A stretch of 64,000 nucleotides of DNA from a virus. The notes below the pieces were generated by a model, which was not told where the DNA came from, did not search any database, and saw only the letters and a program-made list of their open reading frames with translations. The stretch lies in the IMG/VR virus record IMGVR_UViG_3300020057_000027, positions 100,107 to 164,106 of that record. One strand, given 5' to 3'. The position numbers and the translations under genes are program-made. Shown one piece after another: positions 1 to 8,604 of the stretch; position 1 is the stretch's first letter, and each line of letters opens with the position of its first letter.

Positions 1-43
1 GGTGCGCCGCTAGTAGAGTTTTTTTAAATTGGAGTATGATAAA

Positions 44-289
44 ATGACTAAAGTAAGTACAGAGAAGAAAGAGTTGGCCGAGAAGATCGTGCAGGCTCTA
101 GGGCCTATTGTGACCCGAAAGCAGGTTCTAGCGTTCGTTAAGTCGAACGGCGGAGCGGTTGCTGATGTGCGGTTCATCTTTAATAACAAGAACTTCCGGG
201 CCGGTCGTGGTCAGTATGATCTTTCAAGCCTTAATGGTGTTGAAGCTACTAACACTTCCGTAGTGGGTGCTCCTGTTGTGAGTGCATAG
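44..289 (+). CDS. small protein resembling the N-terminal domain of the downstream AAA+ ATPase
   Basis: ATG at 44 follows GGAG (31-34); shares the pattern TR..V.A..K.NG...F......R..RG.Y with the N-terminus of 1190..2128. Confidence 0.75.
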   Translation: MTKVSTEKKELAEKIVQALGPIVTRKQVLAFVKSNGGAVADVRFIFNNKNFRAGRGQYDLSSLNGVEATNTSVVGAPVVSA

Positions 290-334
290 TCCTCAGGGCT
301 AATAAATTTCCTACCTGCCCTATTGAGCATCCTG

Positions 335-366
335 GCATACGATGTGGGACGTGTATGCTTTTTGTT
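335..366 (+). terminator. intrinsic terminator candidate
   Basis: GCATAC(335-340)/GTATGC(353-358) stem followed by TTTTTGTTT. Confidence 0.5.
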
Positions 367-374
367 TATAAATA
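367..374 (+). promoter_or_regulatory. T4-type late promoter TATAAATA
   Basis: exact T4 late consensus 5 nt upstream of ATG 380. Confidence 0.5.
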
Positions 375-379
375 ACTTT

Positions 380-649
380 ATGGATAAAAGGTTCATGCAA
401 TTATTGTTTACTCCGTTCTTTAGTGCAGCTATGCAGGGCACGGACTCGCATATTCCTGGACAGGAATATATCAATATAATGGTTAAGCGCATCAAAGAAA
501 TTAAAGCGCCGTTACAAACTGAGGTTCTGTTATACCTGGCCGCCGAATTAGAAAACACAGTAAGAAAGCTTCCAAGCATTCCGAGAGATCTCCGAGACGA
601 TTTCAAGCTTAAGATCGAAGCAATCAAGAAAGTCCTAGAAGAGTTCTAA
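380..649 (+). CDS. hypothetical protein
   Basis: ORF 323..649; in-frame ATG at 380, downstream of the terminator and late promoter, is the more plausible start. Confidence 0.6.
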   Translation: MDKRFMQLLFTPFFSAAMQGTDSHIPGQEYINIMVKRIKEIKAPLQTEVLLYLAAELENTVRKLPSIPRDLRDDFKLKIEAIKKVLEEF

Positions 650-704
650 TCATATCACATAGTTACGGCTGTCCAAAATACGAGTTTTTCGTAGCCGAAT
701 AGTC

Positions 705-741
705 TTGACTTAAGTGTGGATTGTATGGTATACTTAGTATA
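705..741 (+). promoter_or_regulatory. sigma70-type early promoter
   Basis: TTGACT-18 nt-TATACT with extended TG; ATG 741 lies 7 nt after the -10. Confidence 0.8.
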
Positions 742-929
742 TGATAAGAAATGAAAACAAAAGCATTGAAGAAGTAATAGAACAGATTAACGATTTAACA
801 TATGATGTTATGTTGTTAGAATCCGAGTTAAAAGGATGTGAAGTTGTTTCACTAGGTATGGATCTAATGGATCAACTAATAGAAAAGAGAATCAAACTAG
901 CAATTTTAAAAGACTGTAACGGATTCTAA
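741..929 (+). CDS. hypothetical helical protein, probably leaderless
   Basis: ORF track; no Shine-Dalgarno, ATG at the predicted start site. Confidence 0.65.
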   Translation: MIRNENKSIEEVIEQINDLTYDVMLLESELKGCEVVSLGMDLMDQLIEKRIKLAILKDCNGF

Positions 930-930
930 G

Positions 931-1155
931 ATGTGCAAAGTATACGATATATTCGCTCCGAACATTAGGGTAGAAGGCAAAGCATTGGCAACATTCAGCA
1001 CCACGGCAGAGCTTGAAGCCGAGCATGAGATTTTGAAAGCTATACTATTGGATGAGACGGAAGCTAAGTGGATCCAAGAACTTGCATATGAGCAGATACA
1101 AATAGTGGAATGTGCAATTTCAATACTTGACATGTCATCCACACATGTGCTATAA
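931..1155 (+). CDS. hypothetical protein
   Basis: ORF track, packed against the previous gene. Confidence 0.6.
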   Translation: MCKVYDIFAPNIRVEGKALATFSTTAELEAEHEILKAILLDETEAKWIQELAYEQIQIVECAISILDMSSTHVL

Positions 1156-1164
1156 TAGATTATA
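1127..1164 (+). promoter_or_regulatory. sigma70-type early promoter
   Basis: TTGACA-18 nt-TATAAT with extended TG. Confidence 0.85.
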
Positions 1165-1189
1165 AGATAAAAATAGAGGGTTGTTAATT

Positions 1190-2128
1190 ATGAGTAATTT
1201 AGTTGAAGTATTAAAGAGTTCCGGTTCCACTAGTTTCACAAGAGACGAAGTGAAAGCACTAGCAAAGGAAAATGGAATTAAGACTACAGAGCTTAAAGCG
1301 TTTCTCCAAGATCCTGCTAATCGTCAAGAGCGCGGCCGCTATGGTGTAGTGATTACGCAAGCAAAGCCTGTACAGACAGAAACGGAAGAACAGATTGCAG
1401 TAAGAATCCGGGATCGTTTTGAGATACTAGAATCACTTTCTAGTTCCGCCGCTTCAGGTGAAACTCGGGCCCTAATAGTAAGCGGCCCTCCGGGACTTGG
1501 TAAAACTCACACAGTAACAAACACAGTAGAAGCACTATGCCGGGATAACGTAGTTGTTACCCTATCAGGTTCCGCCTCAGCTATCGGGTTGTATAGAGGT
1601 TTATCAGACACAAGATCAAAAGGTTCAGTATTGATCTTAGATGATTGTGATGCGGTATTCTTTGACCTAGCAAGTTTATCACTACTTAAGGCCGCTTGTG
1701 ATAGCACAAAGAAAAGAATCCTAAGATGGTCTAGTGAATACCACTTTGGCGGAGACGCTATAGACAAGTGTTTCGAGTATCACGGAACAGTTATATTCAT
1801 TACCAATATAGACTTTGATGCCGAGTTAGCACGTAGATCAAAACTAACACCACATTTGGAAGCCTTAATGTCAAGAGCGCATTATCTCACGTTAGGTATT
1901 AGAACCAAGAAAGATTTTATAGTACGTATCATTGATGTGATCAAGGTGATGTACAATAAGGGCGAATTCGGAAAAGATGAAGCTGTGGATGCTATTACCT
2001 TTATTAAAGACCATGCTGATAGTCTTAGAGAGTTGTCATGTAGAACAGCTATTAAGATTACACAGTTACGCAAGAGTCTCCCGGATGATTGGGAACGTGT
2101 AGCAAGAATAACAATGTGTAAGGAATAG
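1190..2128 (+). CDS. AAA+ family ATPase
   Basis: Walker A GPPGLGKT, Walker B LILDDCD, sensor IFITN, Arg-finger-like ALMSR; ATG 1190 after AGAGGG. Confidence 0.9.
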   Translation: MSNLVEVLKSSGSTSFTRDEVKALAKENGIKTTELKAFLQDPANRQERGRYGVVITQAKPVQTETEEQIAVRIRDRFEILESLSSSAASGETRALIVSGPPGLGKTHTVTNTVEALCRDNVVVTLSGSASAIGLYRGLSDTRSKGSVLILDDCDAVFFDLASLSLLKAACDSTKKRILRWSSEYHFGGDAIDKCFEYHGTVIFITNIDFDAELARRSKLTPHLEALMSRAHYLTLGIRTKKDFIVRIIDVIKVMYNKGEFGKDEAVDAITFIKDHADSLRELSCRTAIKITQLRKSLPDDWERVARITMCKE

Positions 2129-2138
2129 CATATAGACA

Positions 2139-2163
2139 GGGCCGGGACTAAGAATCCCGGCTC
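2139..2163 (+). terminator. GC-rich hairpin after the ATPase (terminator or processing site)
   Basis: GCCGGGA-ctaagaa-TCCCGGC stem; poor U tract. Confidence 0.45.
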
Positions 2164-2251
2164 GATTAAAATTAAAAAGAATACAAGGTTCGTGTGAGGA
2201 TCCGTTTTAAGTAGGAAATAAAAAAAGAACCATTTATATAAGAGAGTACCT

Positions 2252-2464
2252 ATGACGACAGCGCAAAATTTAAAACCCATTCCAAAAAAATCTGGTAAAA
2301 AAATTTCAGACCCTATTAGTGATTTTTCTACACTCCGAGAATTCCTTAATAAAGAGTTTGCAAGAAAACAAGAGGTTAAGCGACATTTAGAATATGAGCT
2401 TAGTTTAATCGATCAAGAGTTTGAAGAACTTAAAGAGTTATATCAACAGGTTAAGACATCTTAA
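2252..2464 (+). CDS. hypothetical coiled-coil protein
   Basis: ORF track. Confidence 0.55.
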   Translation: MTTAQNLKPIPKKSGKKISDPISDFSTLREFLNKEFARKQEVKRHLEYELSLIDQEFEELKELYQQVKTS

Positions 2465-2472
2465 TTTGACTA

Positions 2473-2510
2473 TTGACAGCCTCCAAAGAGTATGGTATAA
2501 TAGTATTATA
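2473..2510 (+). promoter_or_regulatory. sigma70-type early promoter
   Basis: TTGACA-17 nt-TATAAT with extended TG. Confidence 0.9.
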
Positions 2511-2532
2511 ACATGATGATTGAGGTGAAACA

Positions 2533-2916
2533 ATGTTGAGATTTAGATTAAAAAAATTAATTGAAGAAGTTGCAGAACTAAGAGGTGAAAAATTTTATCT
2601 CACTAACCTAAGCAAAGAATCGGGTTTAGATAAGAACGCACTTTCCAGATTAGCTAATCATCCAAAGATTACACCATCAAGCGAAGTATATAATAAACTA
2701 TTAAACTTTGCTTACAACGAATTCCGCAAAGCATACAAGAACAGAACAGATCAAGAGGTCGCAGAACTTATACAGCGAGATTTTGTTTTGTTCGTCCCGG
2801 ATGCTCTAACGGATGCTCTAAAGGTCGCAGTAAAGGTCGCAGAACCTAATCACATAACACCAGACGATTTTGAATATCACACAAGGTACCAATGGAAAGA
2901 GATTAAGAGTATATAA
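2533..2916 (+). CDS. Cro/C1-type helix-turn-helix DNA-binding protein
   Basis: MLRFRLKKLIEE...LTNLSKESGLDKNALSRLAN...YNKLLNF fits the XRE/HTH_26 pattern; GAGGTG RBS. Confidence 0.75.
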   Translation: MLRFRLKKLIEEVAELRGEKFYLTNLSKESGLDKNALSRLANHPKITPSSEVYNKLLNFAYNEFRKAYKNRTDQEVAELIQRDFVLFVPDALTDALKVAVKVAEPNHITPDDFEYHTRYQWKEIKSI

Positions 2917-2973
2917 CGACACACTAAGTTTCCGATTATACTTCTATCTACAGAGTAAAGGGTTTAAGTTGAT

Positions 2974-3156
2974 ATGATACACAAAGCTTCCGTAAATTAC
3001 CAGAACGTACCATCTTGGAAACTTGTTTTGATTCTCAAAGACTGTAAAAAGCTGCTTGACAGTAGACCTGATTATAGTGTACAATTAAGAGAGAGGTTGA
3101 AGAACACTATTAAGCTACTGAGAAATATTTTAATTCAGAGACAGGTGTTAGCATGA
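2974..3156 (+). CDS. hypothetical protein
   Basis: ORF track. Confidence 0.5.
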   Translation: MIHKASVNYQNVPSWKLVLILKDCKKLLDSRPDYSVQLRERLKNTIKLLRNILIQRQVLA

Positions 3157-3260
3157 AAGGTCGGTCACTAAATGAGTTTGAGCAGATTAGGTTTGAGTTA
3201 AACAAACGAGGTGTTACATTCCTGTGGATGAAAATTCTGGGTATTCGTTTTATGAGATAA
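3153..3260 (+). CDS. small hypothetical protein (35 aa, not in track)
   Basis: ATGA overlap with the previous stop, AGGTG RBS; MKGRSLNEFEQIRFELNKRG... Confidence 0.4.
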   Translation: MKGRSLNEFEQIRFELNKRGVTFLWMKILGIRFMR

Positions 3261-3288
3261 CAGAAAAGTTTTTAAGTGAGTTTAGAAA

Positions 3289-3507
3289 ATGATTGATATA
3301 GTTATTCCTAGGTTGCTGAGTGGTTGCTGTGGAGCAAAGCTAATAAACGGAAGCATGTGTTCAGACTGTAAAGAACACGCTGATGTATATTGCGAGACGT
3401 GCGGTTCAGAATACGAGTACGGCACAGAGTCGTGTGTGGTGTGTGGTGCTAAAGAGATGACGATTGATGATGTACGAGACTTACTTGGACGTGCTGATGG
3501 TGAATAG
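3289..3507 (+). CDS. Cys-rich zinc-ribbon protein
   Basis: CC, CSDC, CETC and CVVC motifs. Confidence 0.7.
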   Translation: MIDIVIPRLLSGCCGAKLINGSMCSDCKEHADVYCETCGSEYEYGTESCVVCGAKEMTIDDVRDLLGRADGE

Positions 3508-3542
3508 GACGGCTTAGCGATTAAACGATATAGATTGATAAT

Positions 3543-3767
3543 ATGAAAACTACTTTTGATATTGATAACGAGATGGTGATGTTGGCTAATTCAGTTGTCA
3601 CAGTAGTTAATGGACACGATGGAAAGTTTTATCTTCACGTCACAAAGTCACGGTCTAAAGAGCAGACAGATAAACCTATTGTGTGTGATAATAGAGAAGA
3701 GTTTGCAAAGATGCTTGTAAGAATTATGTTTGATGAAAAATGTTTTATTGAAAGAGTAATACAATGA
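3543..3767 (+). CDS. hypothetical protein
   Basis: ORF track, overlaps the next gene by ATGA. Confidence 0.65.
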   Translation: MKTTFDIDNEMVMLANSVVTVVNGHDGKFYLHVTKSRSKEQTDKPIVCDNREEFAKMLVRIMFDEKCFIERVIQ

Positions 3768-4006
3768 AAGAAAAATACGTGCTATTAAAGAAAGAGTATT
3801 CAGAAGAAGATCTTTATGATCTTGAAAGAGACGTGTCAGAGATACATGACTTTCCTAAGGATGCGGAATATAAACGATTGAAGAACGATGATGACTTCAA
3901 AGCTGGAACTTATTTGGTTACTATAGTTTATGTTCCTGGAGATGGTGATAGACTAGAAGGTGGTTCAGAACTTGACGAAGACGATGTGGATTTGGGAGGT
4001 AGTTAA
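3764..4006 (+). CDS. acidic hypothetical protein
   Basis: ORF track, translationally coupled. Confidence 0.7.
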   Translation: MKEKYVLLKKEYSEEDLYDLERDVSEIHDFPKDAEYKRLKNDDDFKAGTYLVTIVYVPGDGDRLEGGSELDEDDVDLGGS

Positions 4007-4225
4007 ATGGAACTTAATAGAGAACCAACACAAGCAGATATTAAAGAGTACGTAAGACAAGCACTTTGCAGAATGTTAAATGATGCACTTGAGTTGAATG
4101 ATCTACAGTTACAACGTGGAGAAGATCCAGCAGTGGTGAAAGCTACTGAAGAGGATATAATGGAAGACTTTCAAATGATGCTTGACTGGTTTAGATTAAC
4201 AGAGTATAATAAACAGAGAAGGTAA
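4007..4225 (+). CDS. hypothetical protein
   Basis: GGAGGT RBS. Confidence 0.75.
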   Translation: MELNREPTQADIKEYVRQALCRMLNDALELNDLQLQRGEDPAVVKATEEDIMEDFQMMLDWFRLTEYNKQRR

Positions 4226-4229
4226 AATT

Positions 4230-4517
4230 ATGTCAACCATTTACATAGTGCGAGGCCAAACTGGTATATACGACGATCATTATGAATGGAATGTAATGGC
4301 ATTTACCGATAAACAACAAGCACAATTTAGGGTTTCTATTCTTCATACTATATTAAAAGAACATAATGCACTTTATGAAAATGGTATTGATTGCGCCGCT
4401 TATAATGATAAAGATGTAAAAGCATTACTGGAATCTGAAATAAAAAACTTTGACCCACACTTTTCTTTAGATTATACCGGAACAGAATATCAAATTGAAG
4501 AACTTGAATTGGTATGA
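4230..4517 (+). CDS. conserved-type phage hypothetical protein
   Basis: IYIVRGQTG.YDD..EW.V.AF...DYTGT.Y.IEE pattern typical of small phage early proteins. Confidence 0.75.
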   Translation: MSTIYIVRGQTGIYDDHYEWNVMAFTDKQQAQFRVSILHTILKEHNALYENGIDCAAYNDKDVKALLESEIKNFDPHFSLDYTGTEYQIEELELV

Positions 4518-4789
4518 GTAAAAAGAAACTATCAGACAAAGAACTAATCATGAGGTCTGGAGCTTTACTTGCTGAGATGTATCAGGTTATTGGTGATGCG
4601 ATGTTTACGTTGGATGAAAAGCGTATAACACAGAAAGAAAAACTTAGAGTAGGAAAGAGATTGCTTGATGCTGCTGATCTAATAGACGCTGAAATGGCTA
4701 ACTGGAATAGCAGATTGAATACTAGAAAACAATGTGATGCTTTTGATAAAGCACTTGACTATGTTAATAAGAAGATGAAGTATGAGTAA
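4514..4789 (+). CDS. hypothetical protein
   Basis: ORF track, coupled. Confidence 0.7.
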   Translation: MSKKKLSDKELIMRSGALLAEMYQVIGDAMFTLDEKRITQKEKLRVGKRLLDAADLIDAEMANWNSRLNTRKQCDAFDKALDYVNKKMKYE

Positions 4790-5072
4790 GAAAGTATTTG
4801 TTCCAGATCTATGTTCGGCTAATGTAAAGATTTATTCTTCACTGGAAGAAGCAAACGAGGTGCAAGGTTTTGTGCATCCAGGAGATACTTGTCCTACATA
4901 TATGGACGCTCTTATGTTTATTAAGAAGCACACCGAAGAAGATTTACAATATCAAGAAGCCACAGCATGTACAGCACATGCTTGGGCGAATCGTGATAGA
5001 GAAAATCTTATTAAAGTAAAGAAAGAAATTAGAAGTCTATTAACAGGTAGGAAGAATGGAACTAAGAGATAG
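4782..5072 (+). CDS. hypothetical protein
   Basis: ORF track, coupled. Confidence 0.7.
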   Translation: MSKKVFVPDLCSANVKIYSSLEEANEVQGFVHPGDTCPTYMDALMFIKKHTEEDLQYQEATACTAHAWANRDRENLIKVKKEIRSLLTGRKNGTKR

Positions 5073-5143
5073 ACTATTTTTATGCTTGTATTTCTTGATG
5101 TGATAGTGTATACTTTAGTCTTTATGCAATTGAGGAATTTAAT

Positions 5144-5305
5144 ATGAGTAATCCAGTAGAAGATATAGTAGCAGAAAAAGTAGCACAAGAAATTATTACG
5201 GTTGAGGAAATTAAAGAAGTCCTTGAGGCCATATCTACATATACTGCACTGCTAGATGTTATAGTACAAAATTTTGAACAGCGCATAGGCGCATTGGAGT
5301 TATAA
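5144..5305 (+). CDS. small acidic protein (53 aa, not in track)
   Basis: GAGGA RBS; MSNPVEDIVAEKVAQEII...GALEL; stop abuts the next start. Confidence 0.7.
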   Translation: MSNPVEDIVAEKVAQEIITVEEIKEVLEAISTYTALLDVIVQNFEQRIGALEL

Positions 5306-5306
5306 C

Positions 5307-5600
5307 ATGGTAGACGTAAAATCAATATTAGCAGAATATGATATCTTTGAAGACGATTTCGGATTCACTGGTGTATCAGAAGATGAAATGAATCAAGCGG
5401 TAGATCAAGCGGTTGCTGCCACAGAGGAAGAAACAATTGCTGAGTATAAAGCAAAATTGCTTGAGGTAGAAAAATTGATTATGCCATTCTTAGGTAAGCT
5501 GCTAAAGACTAATGAAACATTTATCAAGTGGCCACCAGATATTCGTAAACCGACAATACAAAAACAGATTGAAAAGATTTTAGCTATAACTAGGAGTTAA
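5307..5600 (+). CDS. conserved T4-like phage hypothetical protein
   Basis: DDFGFT.VSEDE...LIMPFL..L.K...I.WP..R motif recalled from T4-like phages. Confidence 0.75.
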   Translation: MVDVKSILAEYDIFEDDFGFTGVSEDEMNQAVDQAVAATEEETIAEYKAKLLEVEKLIMPFLGKLLKTNETFIKWPPDIRKPTIQKQIEKILAITRS

Positions 5601-5601
5601 T

Positions 5602-5892
5602 ATGACTGAAGATACACCACAAGTAACACTAACAGAGCCAACACCACAAGTTGTTGGAGCTATTGATGCTGAGCCGTTAGCAATTCTTCCAGATACTAAG
5701 AGACTGGCGCGAGATAAGTTGATTCATAGACTACAAGTAACAAGCGTGAGGCTTGCGCGAAGACAGACTGGAAATCTTAGTCGTTTGGGAAATCTTCTTA
5801 GACGTGTTAATGGACTTAGAAAGCAGTTAGGTTTTCCTACACTTACATTAGCACAGTTCAGAGGATTTAATCCGCCACCATCTGCGGAATAA
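5602..5892 (+). CDS. hypothetical protein with Arg-rich C-terminal half
   Basis: AGGAG RBS. Confidence 0.7.
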   Translation: MTEDTPQVTLTEPTPQVVGAIDAEPLAILPDTKRLARDKLIHRLQVTSVRLARRQTGNLSRLGNLLRRVNGLRKQLGFPTLTLAQFRGFNPPPSAE

Positions 5893-5996
5893 CAAAAGGA
5901 AGAGTAATGTGTGAGAGGTGACTGGAACTTTCTATTGCCTTGGGTGATTCCGATCTTGTGGGTGATATTAGGTATAATACATTATAGGAGTTAATT

Positions 5997-6257
5997 ATGA
6001 GTTATTTGAGAGTGAACAGCGTACAAGGAGAATTAGTCCTTGACGTTGATAGAATCGGAGGTGTTGGTGAAGTATTTGCCAATTCAGCTTTAGGTGGACA
6101 AGATGATGCTTTTATTAGTGTAGCATTATTTCTTTCTGGTTATCAAATAACAGTATATGTTAGAGATGCAGAACAGAAAGATAAACTTATTGAAGCAGTG
6201 AAAGATATTCTTAATCAAAGAAAAATTAGACAGCCAATGAAGGTGATTGAAGTATGA
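5997..6257 (+). CDS. hypothetical protein
   Basis: AGGAG RBS, TATAAT at 5973. Confidence 0.75.
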   Translation: MSYLRVNSVQGELVLDVDRIGGVGEVFANSALGGQDDAFISVALFLSGYQITVYVRDAEQKDKLIEAVKDILNQRKIRQPMKVIEV

Positions 6258-6464
6258 GCTTACCATCAGTCGAACTCTCAAGAATTTTAAATAATTTGTG
6301 CGCGAGATGAAGCAATGGAAATTTTGAAACACGCATGTACTCAATATGCTTCTGGTACTATTCATCCTGAAGACATGGAACTATTTGAACATGATTTAGA
6401 AGTTATATTCAAAGAATTAGATCTTGCTAATAATGCGTTGAATGATGTACAGTTAAAGCAATAA
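6254..6464 (+). pseudogene. possible frameshifted small gene (or a short gene starting at 6315)
   Basis: coupled ATG 6254 frame stops after 18 codons; the +1 frame continues RDEAMEILKH...QLKQ to a stop abutting ATG 6466. Confidence 0.4.
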
Positions 6465-6465
6465 T

Positions 6466-6669
6466 ATGGAGCGCATAGATACTAATAAGGAACAAGCATT
6501 ATCAGATATTAAAGTAAAAGCATTGTTAGTTATAGAAGCACTTTGTTTTGGTGAGGTAAAGATAGACCAATTAAAACAAAACGAATTGATATATAAATTT
6601 TCTCATGCTGCTTTAAGTAAAAATGTTTGTAACCGATGTAATCATTCCGATTGGGAAAAAAGAGCTTAA
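6466..6669 (+). CDS. hypothetical protein
   Basis: ORF track. Confidence 0.55.
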   Translation: MERIDTNKEQALSDIKVKALLVIEALCFGEVKIDQLKQNELIYKFSHAALSKNVCNRCNHSDWEKRA

Positions 6670-6716
6670 TCAATGGTACTCTGATTTAACTGGAGCCGGC
6701 ATAATATAAGTTGAAT

Positions 6717-6932
6717 ATGAAACACTTCTATAATCCACAATATGACTGCTTGGATATAGAACACGTCATGTTTTTGCGCGAGGTTTTAATTCAATTAAAA
6801 CACGAAGTTGTATCCATTCCAGAAGAGTATCTGATGGAAGAAGATGTGCGAATATATTTGGAAGATAGATTTGATTGGTTTGCTAAACTACAGTTAGAAC
6901 TTGACTTATTGTTACTGGACGTGATACACTAA
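6717..6932 (+). CDS. hypothetical protein
   Basis: ORF track; ATG at 6717. Confidence 0.6.
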   Translation: MKHFYNPQYDCLDIEHVMFLREVLIQLKHEVVSIPEEYLMEEDVRIYLEDRFDWFAKLQLELDLLLLDVIH

Positions 6933-6936
6933 TAGT
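6901..6936 (+). promoter_or_regulatory. sigma70-type promoter, likely leaderless transcript
   Basis: TTGACT-18 nt-TACACT with extended TG; ATG 6937 is 7 nt after the -10. Confidence 0.65.
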
Positions 6937-7167
6937 ATGGGTAAAAAGAAAAAGATAATTGAGCTTCCAAAAACTAAGAATCCTGATGTAGGAGTTATTG
7001 AGTTTGTGTTAGATGCGAGAGCTACTGAATTGAGAAATAAAATTGAAGAATTAAATTCTGAAGTAGAAGATCTATCAAACGAATTAGAAGAAGTTGAAAA
7101 CGCACTTACTGAATTAGGTATTGTAACTGATGTACTATTAGATAATAATTTATTGAAGGACGAGTGA
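6937..7167 (+). CDS. acidic coiled-coil protein
   Basis: ORF track. Confidence 0.7.
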   Translation: MGKKKKIIELPKTKNPDVGVIEFVLDARATELRNKIEELNSEVEDLSNELEEVENALTELGIVTDVLLDNNLLKDE

Positions 7168-7748
7168 TGAGTATACAGGGTAGATTTAAAAAGATTTTCG
7201 GATTCAAAGAACAGTATCTTCATGAGACTTCTATTGGACGTATCTATCAACACTCTCAAGAAAAAACTATTGGGATGATGACTGCTTTTAGAAGTGAGTT
7301 CGAGTTAAAAGAAAACATAAGACGCAATCAGCAATTGAAATTTAGTATACAAACTAATGGTTTTGGTTTTATTAATTTAACTGGGCACTATGTAGAAAAC
7401 GGAAAGCCCGTTGTTGAACAGAGCTTTTTAATTATTAGTTCCCCTGATGATAACGGTAAACTGAAAGGATTCTTAAAAGCTTCAGGACATAAATGGAATC
7501 AAGACAGTGTTCTGTATAAAGAATTCGGTGAAAAAGCTATGCTGATCGGAACATCTGCCGGTAATGATACTAATGGTAATCCACGTTGGCCTGGCCTGGG
7601 CACTGAAGTTACTGTTGGTGATTGGAAAGCAAATAAGATAGGACAATTTTACAGTCAATTAAAAGGTCGAGGTAATCGAACATTCGTGTTTGAATCTGCC
7701 GACTATGAGCCAAATTTATTCACAAAAGCATATAGAGGTAGAGTATGA
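7164..7748 (+). CDS. probable S-adenosylmethionine lyase (T3 SAMase-like)
   Basis: ordered motifs TAFRS / N.RR / LTGHYVE / EQS / WNQDSVL parallel T3 SAMase SAFRS / N..R / LTGCYRE / EEKT / WEQDCVL (recalled, not searched). Confidence 0.65.
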   Translation: MMSIQGRFKKIFGFKEQYLHETSIGRIYQHSQEKTIGMMTAFRSEFELKENIRRNQQLKFSIQTNGFGFINLTGHYVENGKPVVEQSFLIISSPDDNGKLKGFLKASGHKWNQDSVLYKEFGEKAMLIGTSAGNDTNGNPRWPGLGTEVTVGDWKANKIGQFYSQLKGRGNRTFVFESADYEPNLFTKAYRGRV

Positions 7749-8074
7749 ACAATTTTGAAAACCATTTAGAGGGTACTTATATTCCATACACCGGCGGGCG
7801 ATTTTATACGTTTGTTGAAAGGGATGTATTTGAAGATTATTTCGATAAGATTGATGATGAATCATTAGAAGATTTAACTGTGGGTGAAACGTATACTTTC
7901 TTCCGTGTTGTTAAAGACCAGAAGACCGATGAGGTTTTGTTTGTCAAAATTACCGGAGAGATTATTTCAATAAATGAAACAGAGATGGTTTTTATCCATA
8001 CTGGAACATTGGGTAAGGTAATGAGTTTGGATAACTTTCTTGAGAACTGGTTTTTCATGTCAGGTAAAGTATAA
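7745..8074 (+). CDS. hypothetical protein
   Basis: ORF track, coupled, GAGGT RBS. Confidence 0.7.
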   Translation: MNNFENHLEGTYIPYTGGRFYTFVERDVFEDYFDKIDDESLEDLTVGETYTFFRVVKDQKTDEVLFVKITGEIISINETEMVFIHTGTLGKVMSLDNFLENWFFMSGKV

Positions 8075-8108
8075 TAAATAGGTCTATTAGTTTATAGAGG
8101 TAATACAA

Positions 8109-8339
8109 ATGGCAACATATCATACAACAGAAGAAGAAGCGGCAATCAGAGCATTAAGCACAAGAGATCTAGCAAAGAAAAATAACAAGATGCTGAATGA
8201 AGCACTTGTTGCGGATACTCCAGATAAGAAACTTAAACATAGTGAATGTAAAGCTATTGTAAGAGAAGAGCTTGCCACTAGAGGTATTCTTTCCTCATCG
8301 GCCGAAGAGCGTTTGATTGATGGCACTGAATTAGTATAA
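8109..8339 (+). CDS. hypothetical protein behind a late-type promoter
   Basis: AATAAATA at 8073-8080, GAGGT RBS. Confidence 0.7.
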   Translation: MATYHTTEEEAAIRALSTRDLAKKNNKMLNEALVADTPDKKLKHSECKAIVREELATRGILSSSAEERLIDGTELV

Positions 8340-8352
8340 GGATAATTTCATT

Positions 8353-8604
8353 ATGTTAGAATTGAATGATTATGAAAAAGGTCAAGTAAAAGATGCTATT
8401 CGGATAGCTTGCGAACATTATGGATATGGTTCATCCCTATCTAGTCCATATGCACTTAAATTTGTGCTTAATAAGAAATTAGAAAGTATTCGCAATTCTC
8501 AATATCAAGGTATTAATGATAGTACACTTCTTTTAAACACTGGAACATCTGCCATGCTAATTCGTGCTGCTATTGCTTTTTTAGAAAAGGAATATCAAGT
8601 ATGA
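8353..8604 (+). CDS. hypothetical helical protein
   Basis: AAGGA RBS. Confidence 0.7.
   Translation: MLELNDYEKGQVKDAIRIACEHYGYGSSLSSPYALKFVLNKKLESIRNSQYQGINDSTLLLNTGTSAMLIRAAIAFLEKEYQV

Noticed and set aside
289-350. Hammerhead ribozyme
   Set aside because: The junction shape is similar but the core reads CTATTGA/GGGAC instead of CTGANGA/GAAAC.
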